A stretch of DNA of 64,000 nt from a virus (lineage: Duplodnaviria; Caudoviricetes), in the IMG/VR virus record IMGVR_UViG_3300031088_000758; one strand, 5' to 3'. Both the position numbers and the translations under genes were made by a program. Below the pieces are notes generated by a model. The model had not been told where the DNA came from. It ran no database searches and saw only the letters and a list, made by a program, of their open reading frames with translations. Every line of letters starts with the position of its first letter. Positions within the stretch are counted from its first letter, which is position 1. Below, in pieces: positions 1-9,600 of this stretch.

Positions 1-816
1 TCATCCATTCCATACATCATCAGGGTCAGGCTCTAAACTACCGTATTTTTCGTTAAGTTTTTCTTCGTTTTCTTCATACTGTTTATTTTGTTGTCTCATT
101 CTTTCTTTGCGTTCTTCACGTAATCTTGCTATTTCTTCTTTGTCAGGAGCCACACGTAAGTGACCTAAGAAATCATCAGCAGCACCATTCAAATCATTCA
201 GATCAAAATCTGCTTCGGGAACACTATCTCTTAACATAGACAGTGTTATATCCATTTTACCTTTTGACTTTTTGAATTCTTTCACAAGACCAGAATCAGC
301 GGTAGGAAGTTTCTTGTATTTAACACCAGTAGCCGGATCTATCGCATATCCTTCTGGTAGATTAGTGTTTTCTTTCTTTTCTTGTATAGATCTGGCTTCA
401 GTTTTACTTTCGTTGTTTTGTTTCTGAGGTATTGATCTATTGTTTTCGTGTGTTGAAGAAGTGTTTTTATTGCTTGAAGATTTTTGAGCAACAGGCTTTC
501 TTCTATTTCCTTCTTCTTGAATGGCTATCTTTTCTGCTTTTTGTTCTGCTGCTTTTTTACGGCGCAATCTCTCACGTTTAATCTGTTCTACTTGCTCAGG
601 TGTATATTGGCGCTTTTGTTCGCTTTTTGGGGCATTTGAGCGCGTTTGAGGGGCAGGAGAGACTTCTCTTTGTTCTTGTGACAAGCGTTGTTGGCTTTGT
701 GGTGAACTTTGCTCTGATTTTTCCTTAGTATTCGGATTATTTTGAGGCTTAGACTGCAATGGTTGTTTTATCCCGTTGCTTCTGCCAGCTTCACCTAAAT
801 TTCTTGGAAGTGCCAT
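1..816 (-). CDS. Hypothetical protein, low-complexity Q/S/K-rich N-half and coiled-coil C-terminus
   Basis: 271-aa ORF, GAGG RBS upstream, GATATT motif at 855-860; no recognisable domain. Confidence 0.75.
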   Translation of the reverse strand: MALPRNLGEAGRSNGIKQPLQSKPQNNPNTKEKSEQSSPQSQQRLSQEQREVSPAPQTRSNAPKSEQKRQYTPEQVEQIKRERLRRKKAAEQKAEKIAIQEEGNRRKPVAQKSSSNKNTSSTHENNRSIPQKQNNESKTEARSIQEKKENTNLPEGYAIDPATGVKYKKLPTADSGLVKEFKKSKGKMDITLSMLRDSVPEADFDLNDLNGAADDFLGHLRVAPDKEEIARLREERKERMRQQNKQYEENEEKLNEKYGSLEPDPDDVWNG

Positions 817-864
817 AAATTACCTCTCGTATTTTGGAATACATAATATTTTATAATATCATTA

Positions 865-2262
865 TCACTTCAAAAATTTAATTAATTCGCTGACTGATGA
901 AATATATTCTACTCTTATGGTTAAGTCTTTTGGTAAGTGAAGATTTTTTTGAGAAGTTTTAGGAACAATTATTCTCTTAAAACCTAAACGTTGTGCTTCT
1001 CTAATTTTGTTTTCAACCATGAGACTTCCACGAACTTGACCTGTTAGGCTTAATTCTCCGATAAATGCAGTTGGTATAGCAATTGTTTTATCTTTTGCTG
1101 AAGAAATAATCGAAGCTGCGATTGATAAATCAGCCATAGGGTCTTTAACTTTAATGCCTGATACAGTGCTGACAAAAACATCATTGTCATATAATCGAGC
1201 ATTGCAGAATTTATCTAAAATAGCACATACAATTTGTCCACGATTGTAATCTACCCCGTTAAATTGCTTTCGAGGGTTAGGCATGTTAGAAGTTGTGACT
1301 AATGCTTGAACTTCAACAGGTATTTGTCGAACTCCTTCACTAATAAAGCTAGTAGCTGTTCCTGAAAGGTTTGCCGAATCTTCGTTATCTAAAAGAATTC
1401 CTGAAGGATCGGAAACTTCCATTAAACCCTTTTCTTGATGTTGAAATACTCCTACTTCAACAGTGTCACCAAAACGATTTTTTGTAGCACGCAAGAATTT
1501 AAGCGGCGTTTCATTATCAGATTCGAGATAAAGAATACAGTCAACAATATGAGCGATTTGGTTAGAACCTGCAAAATTAAGTTCGCCTTGTCCCTCTTTA
1601 GTGACTTGTGAGATAAGGAAAGTGATAATGTTGTTCTTCTTCGCAAATAATGTGAACACACTTGCTGCTTCTTTTGATTGAGATATAGAACCCATAGAGC
1701 CTGAAACTTCTGATGATGCCATGGTTTGTAAAGAATCTATAATAAGAAAATCAGGTTTCTCTTCTTCTACATGTCCTAAAACATTTTCAATGGTTGTTTC
1801 ATTGACTATTTTGATGTTTTCAGAGCTTACTTGCATTCTTTTTGCTCTTAGGGCTATCTGTTGTTCTGATTCTTCTCCTGAAATATACAGAACCTTTTTA
1901 CCCATATTAGCAAATTGATCTGAAATAGACATAGAAAGGGTAGATTTGCCAGACCCAGGTGACGCTGCAATCATCACTACTTCACCATTGACAAATCCGC
2001 CACCTAATACACGATCCAATTCTCCAATACCTGTAGCCGTTTTATGGATGGGTGTATTGTTCAATTCTTTTATTGTACTGGCTTTTTTGACAGGTCTCAC
2101 CGCACCTGATGTCTTTAATCCAGCGGAATTACCACCACTTGCGTTTTCTGAAACTTCTTCGAACTGCCCAAAGGCACCACAGTTTCTACATTTGCCAAAA
2201 GGTTCTTTATTATATTCGGCTCCGCAGCTTTTACATTTGAAAATAGTTTTGTTTTTATTCAT
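865..2262 (-). CDS. radA: DNA repair protein RadA/Sms
   Basis: N-terminal CxxC..CxxC zinc finger, ELDRVLGGG, Walker A SPGSGKS, IIDSLQT, KNRFG motif, Lon-like C-terminal domain (GELSLTGQVR); start placed at ATG 2262 (ORF track extends to 2295). Confidence 0.97.
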   Translation of the reverse strand: MNKNKTIFKCKSCGAEYNKEPFGKCRNCGAFGQFEEVSENASGGNSAGLKTSGAVRPVKKASTIKELNNTPIHKTATGIGELDRVLGGGFVNGEVVMIAASPGSGKSTLSMSISDQFANMGKKVLYISGEESEQQIALRAKRMQVSSENIKIVNETTIENVLGHVEEEKPDFLIIDSLQTMASSEVSGSMGSISQSKEAASVFTLFAKKNNIITFLISQVTKEGQGELNFAGSNQIAHIVDCILYLESDNETPLKFLRATKNRFGDTVEVGVFQHQEKGLMEVSDPSGILLDNEDSANLSGTATSFISEGVRQIPVEVQALVTTSNMPNPRKQFNGVDYNRGQIVCAILDKFCNARLYDNDVFVSTVSGIKVKDPMADLSIAASIISSAKDKTIAIPTAFIGELSLTGQVRGSLMVENKIREAQRLGFKRIIVPKTSQKNLHLPKDLTIRVEYISSVSELIKFLK

Positions 2263-2319
2263 GGTCCCCATCTTATCAAAGAGTATATACAACAATATTT
2301 GCTAATAGTTATTAATGAA

Positions 2320-2532
2320 TCAGTAGCCACGATACAAAGATGTAGCAACTTCTAAGGCTTTTTGTTTATCTGGTGATTCTTCAAGGATCTCTGCAAGCGG
2401 AACTAACGTATTTCTGATTGATGATCCAAAGTTTTCATAAAAAACTCCTCTGCTGCCGCTTCCTTCTTCTTTCATGAGGTTGATGATGTTATCAAATGTT
2501 TCTTGTTCTTCTGGTGTTAAGTCATTAATCAT
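2320..2532 (-). CDS. Small hypothetical protein
   Basis: Likely start MINDLTPEE at 2532; the longer ORF-track start runs into a hairpin. Confidence 0.55.
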   Translation of the reverse strand: MINDLTPEEQETFDNIINLMKEEGSGSRGVFYENFGSSIRNTLVPLAEILEESPDKQKALEVATSLYRGY

Positions 2533-2603
2533 GGATAGCCTTCTAATTTTGTTTCTGTGTTTTCTTTTGTAAGATTTTATCAATTTTTGAATAACAAAAG
2601 TAC

Positions 2604-2641
2604 AAAAAATCGGGATAAGCAACTAATTACTCATCCCGATT
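2604..2641 (-). terminator. Intrinsic terminator
   Basis: Inverted repeat AATCGGGAT..ATCCCGATT followed by a T-run on the minus strand. Confidence 0.75.
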
Positions 2642-2710
2642 AAAAACTGACCATAAACTCTATGAACTTCGAAAGTCCCTCGTTTGCTTTTATGTGCGTT
2701 TTTAAGTACT
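2604..2710 (-). ncRNA. Candidate ~100-nt small RNA
   Basis: ORF-less segment between a GATATT motif (2715-2720) and an intrinsic terminator; internal hairpin GGACTTTCGAAGTTC. Confidence 0.3.
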
Positions 2711-2740
2711 ATTTAATATCAGAAAAATGTGTTTCACATC

Positions 2741-3310
2741 TCAGTTATTAAAAAAACTATAGTTATTTTGGCGAATATTGTCTAAATCAATATCTTCTGT
2801 AAAATCTTCAAGAATAGTAACTTGGCTGACTTCACGATTATTGCTTGTTTTACTCTCTATGGGTATGTCATATACACTTTTTTCTTTGTTAACGGGTAAT
2901 CCACGAAGTATTAAGTGTGCTACGCTTTTCTTTGTGCTTTCAGTGAATCCTTCATCAGCAATTATCTTTCGAAAACTGTTGTATTTGTCTCTGTCACCAT
3001 TGAACCATTTTTGTATCATTTCTTTGACGTTAGATACTTCTTGTAGTTCTTTTTCTGATTTAACATTTCCGTATTCAACAAGTGCTTCACTGATGAATTT
3101 TTTGTTTCGTTTGAATTGAGGTGTTGGAGCTTTTGTTCGGCCTTCATTGATGTTGTGTTTTGAGGAGAGCAATTCTTCAACTTTACGATTGGCTGTTGCT
3201 TCATCTTCATAATGGTTGCTGTTGCCATTGTTGCCCCAAAAAGGACAGCGAGTTTCTTCGGTAGCGCCACATGGGCGAACCTCGTAGTCATTGTTAATAT
3301 GGTATTTCAT
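2741..3310 (-). CDS. Hypothetical protein with N-terminal HxN..C..C..NH motif
   Basis: Begins MKYHINNDYEVRPCGATEETRCPFWG..NHY; motif shared with ORFs starting at 21733 and 23095. Confidence 0.8.
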   Translation of the reverse strand: MKYHINNDYEVRPCGATEETRCPFWGNNGNSNHYEDEATANRKVEELLSSKHNINEGRTKAPTPQFKRNKKFISEALVEYGNVKSEKELQEVSNVKEMIQKWFNGDRDKYNSFRKIIADEGFTESTKKSVAHLILRGLPVNKEKSVYDIPIESKTSNNREVSQVTILEDFTEDIDLDNIRQNNYSFFNN

Positions 3311-3389
3311 CACAACACTCCCGCTTAAACTTTTATATTTTCAGTATTCTTTTCTAAAAGCTTTCTTAAAATATCGTTGTTTCCTGAAT

Positions 3390-3662
3390 TCAGAGATTAA
3401 GTTCTTTCATCAAATCTCGGTGAGAAATTGTTTCGTCTTCTTGACGTGCTTTTCTTGCTTCTTCAACGTCAATTTTATCTTCTTCTAATGCTGGACAATT
3501 ACTTTCAGCATGGGATTGTCTAATTGTTTTACCTGCCATTAATGAATGTTGTGGGCAGTCTGAGTTGATTTTGTCGAAATTTACTAATCCACATTCTTCT
3601 TGTTCACAGGGGCATTCATCTTCTAGCCAATGTCCTACCCATGATCTTCCTATATGAGACAT
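3390..3662 (-). CDS. Small Cys/His-rich protein with antitoxin-like C-terminal tail
   Basis: CPC..C..CPQH..H..C cluster; ends ISHRDLMKELNL; RBS GAAAGGAAG before ATG 3662. Confidence 0.6.
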   Translation of the reverse strand: MSHIGRSWVGHWLEDECPCEQEECGLVNFDKINSDCPQHSLMAGKTIRQSHAESNCPALEEDKIDVEEARKARQEDETISHRDLMKELNL

Positions 3663-4057
3663 TTCAGTACTTCCTTTCATTTTTAATTATTATTATAACG
3701 TATATGAAGTGAAAAGTTTAATAATTATTCTTTATAGTTCAAGTTTGAGAATTTTAACGTGAAATTCGTTGTTTTGGTTTATAAATATAGCAACGCTTCC
3801 AGAGCCACCTTCATCAATATAGTATAAATTTACGCAAACAATATTAATCAACATATGGAATCGGTATTGTTCTCGCTTCAGGTTAACAATTACTATAATA
3901 GCCTGTAATTAGATCATTTATTCTTCATCTTAAGGGGATCAGGAGTATATCCTTTTGAAAAACCGCGATTCCATGATTTGTTGCTTTTAATTATTTTATT
4001 ATATATTGATTTAACTTTGGAATTTCATACTGAAGAATATATAAGTTTTCTCATATT

Positions 4058-4399
4058 TTAAAACCTTGTTGTCTTTACAAACTCTAATATTCTTATTGTA
4101 CCTACTGGCTTGCCATAGTAACAATATAGAATAAAATCATGATTAAGTTGTAAATTATAAGTATGCAAATTTTTTATCAAAGTTGTTGCTGATACTTTGA
4201 TCTCTTTGTTGCTTTCTTCAAGTATTTTGAATTTAGCTATGCCTATACAGCCCCCGTCAAATACTTCAGAAAGTTCGGGTTTAAACATTAAAGCAATAAA
4301 TCCTTGAAATGATCCAGGTTTGTCAGCCTCAATAACCTCATCTCTCCATAGTTCAGTATTATCTATTTTTATTAATCCAATGAAATCAGAATATATCAT
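4058..4399 (-). CDS. Hypothetical protein, putative immunity-array member
   Basis: FIGLIKIDNTELW shared with adjacent ORF (FIGLIKVENNFLW); downstream of Rhs toxin. Confidence 0.6.
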   Translation of the reverse strand: MIYSDFIGLIKIDNTELWRDEVIEADKPGSFQGFIALMFKPELSEVFDGGCIGIAKFKILEESNKEIKVSATTLIKNLHTYNLQLNHDFILYCYYGKPVGTIRILEFVKTTRF

Positions 4400-4803
4400 T
4401 AAGTGGTCTCCAATAAGGTTATTTCGCCAATGTATAAACTTGTATCGAAAAAGATCAAATTATAAGGGTCATTCAGTCGGCATTCTGGTATTTCAGAGAA
4501 ACTTTTAACACACCAAGTTCCCCCTATAATTCCGTATGTATCTTGCTCCGTGTCAAGACCAGTTATTTCTCCCATAATAGGGCATAAAGTATGATCAAAA
4601 ATAATTCTTAAATGCCGCGCTTCTTTTTTAATACATTCTTCTGTCCAGAGAAAATTATTTTCAACTTTGATTAAACCTATGAAGTTTGCGCCTTTGCTGT
4701 ATCTTTCTCTTCTGTTTTGTAAAATCTGTTCTCGTGTAACCACTGCTTTTCTCCAATATTGTATATTTATTCTTTGTATATCGTTAAGAATGAAGAAACA
4801 CAT
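4399..4803 (-). CDS. Hypothetical protein, paralog of 4058-4399
   Basis: Shared FIGLIK motif and C-terminal G[TE]IxxLE; TAATG stop/start coupling; true start may be GTG near 4742. Confidence 0.6.
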   Translation of the reverse strand: MCFFILNDIQRINIQYWRKAVVTREQILQNRRERYSKGANFIGLIKVENNFLWTEECIKKEARHLRIIFDHTLCPIMGEITGLDTEQDTYGIIGGTWCVKSFSEIPECRLNDPYNLIFFDTSLYIGEITLLETT

Positions 4804-4849
4804 ATCTTATTTAATGTTACGTACATATTGGTGATTTTGATAAACAATT

Positions 4850-5140
4850 TTACATTTGATTTCCTAGTAATTCAAGTGTAAATTCCCAATTGAATTTATT
4901 ATCTGAAACTTCTAAATTGTCAACGTTTAAATCTCCACCAAAAAACAGTGGTTGAAGGATAGTAGCTACATGAGTTCTGCTAATAAAATTACCCGGTTCT
5001 TTTATCCACTCATCAAAAACATCTTTTTCTAATAATACTTGATTATCTTCTGTCAGAATAATATCATGCAAAAAATCGGAATTACCAGCAGCATTATAAA
5101 CACTTCTATAGTATTAAAGAACAATATTCTTGATCTCCAA
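4850..5140 (-). pseudogene. Probable small gene with in-frame premature stop
   Basis: AGGAG RBS, TTG at 5140, in-frame TAA at 5114-5116, then open through ORF 4850-5071. Confidence 0.35.
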
Positions 5141-5198
5141 AACATTTAATCTCCTTATACAATTTTACAATGAGAAGTTAATAGTAAGATTAAAAATT

Positions 5199-5588
5199 TT
5201 ATTTAATATGTAATTTTATATAATCTTTAGCGTCGTTTATCCAAAAATCCATTACTATATTCTTCGCTTTAGTGATGTTAAAATAATAATCATCATCTAA
5301 GCTTTCTAACCATCCCACCCGAAGTATACCACTCTTGTCGGTATCCATATTGATAGAACCAAGAAAGATAAAATTATTAATTGTTTCATCTTTTTCATTT
5401 AGCAACTCAATTGTTATTTCTTCGCCATCTTCATAGGATACTCTTGATTCTATACCTATTAAACCATCCATGAAAGTAATTCCATATGAATCAAAATTGA
5501 TATATTCTTTTTCGTCACAGTCATAATCGCAAGAGAACCATAATGTTCCTTCATCGCTATGTAGTTTTATAGTTTGATTATTATTCAT
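5199..5588 (-). CDS. Small acidic protein, candidate immunity protein
   Basis: 129 aa, acidic, ATGA overlap with upstream gene in the Rhs operon. Confidence 0.65.
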   Translation of the reverse strand: MNNNQTIKLHSDEGTLWFSCDYDCDEKEYINFDSYGITFMDGLIGIESRVSYEDGEEITIELLNEKDETINNFIFLGSINMDTDKSGILRVGWLESLDDDYYFNITKAKNIVMDFWINDAKDYIKLHIK

Positions 5589-6667
5589 TTTGACTCATTC
5601 CAGTAAACAAAGATTTCATCCTCTACAACTTTTAATGATATGTCAACTTTCGAATTTGACAAAATATATTTTGAATTTTCAATATTTATTGTTCCTTGTA
5701 TTTTCGATATCGCTAACATATTGCTTTCTTCCGCATCTAAAACATTTCTGTGCAATAAGTTTACCCTGTCTATATCACGCAATATAGAAATCTTATCTTT
5801 ATCTATTTTATATAATAAGTTCTGAAAAGCAATTGTACTTTCTGTGTTAATCTTTATCAGATGATTGAGTGGCTTTTTCTTCAATACAATAACTAAATCT
5901 TTCTTTTTGTTCTCCAGGTACTTTTTAAAAAATAAATTGTTGTAAAAATAATTCGGAAAGCTAAAATTTTTTTCAAGCTTATTTTCTATAATAGTAATTA
6001 AAAATAGGTATTCTATGTAAGCAGAACTTGAAATATTGTTTATCAAAAACTCATTGCTAAATGGTAAATTATTGTTTAACAATCTTCTTGATATTGTTTT
6101 TTGCTTTAATTCGGGGAGAGTTTGATTATTTAAGCTACAGGTTTTTAGCAGCTCAAAAAAACCTATATTGTCATTCCACAAATTAAACAATAACATACTA
6201 TTCTGTATCAAATTATTTATTTTAGAGTCATTCATAGCTGACAGGAATTTAAAAAATAGATCATATTCAAAATTAGAATAAGGGAAAAAATCGTTATTTA
6301 ATATTTTATAAATATTTACATAGTTATTGTTGCTACTTGTATTCTCCAAGAATTCAAACTCTTTTCGTAAAGTGTTAGGAATACTAGCAATAGCGGGGTC
6401 TAAAATGTTATGCTTTATTAAAAACACCCTAATATTTTGATCATATTTTAAATCTTGATTGTGATAAATTATTTCTTTAATTCGTTTGCTTTCTTCCTCT
6501 GAAAAGCCAGTGTTATTAAATTCATTAGATATTGCAAACCACCGTAGATAAAATTCGTCGTTATTCTTAATCTTTTCGTAAATTTCTTTTTCTGTTGCTT
6601 GATACCTAAAAAAATCATTAAGTTTTTCTGTTTTTTCTCCGTCAAATAACACGGTGTTTTTAGTCAT
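5585..6667 (-). CDS. Hypothetical protein directly downstream of Rhs toxin (candidate cognate immunity)
   Basis: 360 aa, very AT-rich, GGGAG RBS, 21 bp after the Rhs stop. Confidence 0.7.
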   Translation of the reverse strand: MTKNTVLFDGEKTEKLNDFFRYQATEKEIYEKIKNNDEFYLRWFAISNEFNNTGFSEEESKRIKEIIYHNQDLKYDQNIRVFLIKHNILDPAIASIPNTLRKEFEFLENTSSNNNYVNIYKILNNDFFPYSNFEYDLFFKFLSAMNDSKINNLIQNSMLLFNLWNDNIGFFELLKTCSLNNQTLPELKQKTISRRLLNNNLPFSNEFLINNISSSAYIEYLFLITIIENKLEKNFSFPNYFYNNLFFKKYLENKKKDLVIVLKKKPLNHLIKINTESTIAFQNLLYKIDKDKISILRDIDRVNLLHRNVLDAEESNMLAISKIQGTINIENSKYILSNSKVDISLKVVEDEIFVYWNESK

Positions 6668-6688
6668 TGTTGTAGCTCCCTGTGCATC

Positions 6689-9600
6689 TTATTTGAGTCT
6701 GACTATAAATTGGTCTCCAGGTTTCATTCCTGCTTTTCGATAGAATTGTTTCAAATCATTCCCATGATTATTATTCTCTTTTCTTAACACCATTTGGATT
6801 CTTGCGCCTAAGCCGCCCTCTTGGGTAGAAGCATAAGGAAATTCATCTCTTTCTAGACCTTTTTGTGTTGGAGTATTCTTAGTGGCATGATACCTATTTT
6901 TAGGTATTTTATCAGCTAATTCTTTTGTGAGGATCATTGAATCTCCTTTTCCTTGGGCTTTGAAATATTCAGCATGATTATCATAAACGCCATCATAAGA
7001 TCCTTTCTTTAGGTGAAATTCGCTCATTCCATTTTTGTTTATTATACCTATACTTCCGTTCTTAAACTGAATTTTTTCAACGTTTTTTGCCAAGAACCCT
7101 AACGATATATAACCATTGTCATTAAAATCAAGATTTTTCAATCTATGTTTAATAAATCCGTAAGCAGATTTGCCACCTTTGGCTAACAATCCGCCAGCCT
7201 TAACAAAACCTCCACCTGGTACAAACATTATACCAATTCCAGCTGCTGCACCAAGACCTGCATAAAGAAGCGAACAATTATCCACACTTCCCGGACTGAT
7301 ACGGTTCATCACAGAACCAGCAAGAGGAACCCCAATAGCCCCATCAATAACACCAGCTGCACCAGTAGCAAACTTATTCCATGCTGACAATCCAAGTGGA
7401 TCAATATTTGACAAAGGATTTCCCGAAGCATAACCATAAGCATCATTCGTCATTGCAAACAACGGATCAACACTCAGGAACGTTCCCGTAGAAGGCTCAT
7501 ACCAACGAGCGCGAAGATTATACAAGCCAGTATCAGAATCTTTATATTCACCCGCATAAGCAAAATTCGTGAAGAAATCTTTAACAGGTTTATCGTCAAT
7601 CGGAGCCTGATCTCCACCGCCGTCAGAAACAGCAGGAGTGTTTGAATCAGAATCGGTTTCAGGAGCATCAGAAACAGCCCCAGGAGCGTTTATATACTGT
7701 TCATCAAGTATTTGACCATACTCATCATACTCTCGCGTCAGAACAGCGTTTCCGTTGTTATCTGTAGCCAGAACAACACTATTACGCTCATCACCATGTA
7801 GATAATGAATTTCATCAGTATCTTTGTCAACTTGAGCAATAGGAGAACCGCGAATACCATAAATATATTCGTTCTTAGAATCTTCCAACAACAGCGGAAT
7901 ACTTGAAGAAACGTTATCCCACACATATTCATCAACTAATTGACCATCAACAGTTTTAGAATCTAATAAACCAGAATTCTCATATGAATAATCAATGTTT
8001 TTGTCATTGTTGTCATCAACCTGATCATCAATATTGACGTTCTTTAATGTTCCGTCAATATTCCACTCGTATGAACGATGAATATTTGAATCATTGTTAG
8101 TTAAACGATTACCTAACTCATCATATGAAACAGAATTTTCGCTACCCGCTATTTTCGATGATGTTAACCGATAATTTGACTCATAGTTAAATGTGTTTGA
8201 ACCAGATTTTGTCAAATTCTTGAATACATCATATGTTAAAGTAGTTTTTGCTTTTGTCGTGTTATTGAGAACAGTGGCAATAGTGTCTACTTTTGTATAT
8301 GTGTAAGTTTTGTCAATAGTTTTTGTGCCATTAAAGAAACTTTGTGAATTTAAAATGCGACTATCTTTGTCAAATGTTAAATTTCTCTGATACAAAGATT
8401 GACTAGAAGCGTTTTGAACATTAATGCTATTTAATCTGTTTAGCACATCAAATGAGTTGTTTTCAAGAATATTATTTCCATATTCTGTAGAAATATTATT
8501 GAAATTTTCGTCATAAGAATATTCAGCGATAGTTTCATTATTACTTGAAACATTTGTTAATTGATTTTCGCTATTATATGTATACTCTACTTCTTTTCCA
8601 GAAGGGTATGTTATTTTGTTGATTTCACCATAAGGCGTGTAAGAATATTGAACTTCTTTCCCAGGAGGTCCGCGAGAAGTGACATTTCCAATAGCATCAT
8701 AAGCATAATTAGTTATTTCACCGTCAGATGATTGAGACATAGTGATTTTTCCAGAATTATCGTATTCATAAATAACAGACTTATCATTGTTATACATTAT
8801 TTCAATAACATTACTCATAGAATCATAGGAATAATTCGTTGTTTTTGAATTATTAACTTTTGATTCTACAATGTTACCGTTTTCATCATACGTATAAGTT
8901 TTTAAACCATTGAATCTATCAAGATTACTGACAAGTATATTTTCTGAATTATATGTATAAACACTTAACAAGCCATTAGGATAAGTTGTGGTTATAAGAT
9001 TACCATTATCATCGTAACTATTTTTTGTTATATTCCCATCGGGATCAGTGATGGATAGCATATTTCCATTTTTATCATATTTGTAGCTATAAGAATTTCC
9101 TTGTGCTGTTCTTGAAGTTGTAATGTTATTAAGAACATCGTAACTATAGCTTACAGAACTGTTCACAGCGTCTTTGACAGACAAAACATTTCCAACTACG
9201 TCATAAGTATAAGTGGTTGTATTACCTTTTGCATCAGTTGTTGTGGCTAACAAACCATGTTTAGTATAAGTGTTTGTTGCTGTTGATCCATCATCGTAAA
9301 TGGTTTTTGTCAACATTCCCAAATTATTATATTCGTAATTAGTGATGCTTCCTTTTACGGAAGTTTCGGAAATAACTCTGTTATGAGAATCGTATGCGTA
9401 AGATGTTGTTCCATAAATTGTTTTTATAGTTAAAACATTGTCCATTAAATCATAGGTATATTCTATATTATTTCCATCAGTCCCAATTTCTTTAATAACT
9501 CTTCCTGCACCGTCATAAATAATTGTTTCTTCTGAACCATTTGGATATATAGTTTTAGTAGGAAGATTTGGATTATTGTTTAAGTATTGAATTTTTGTTA

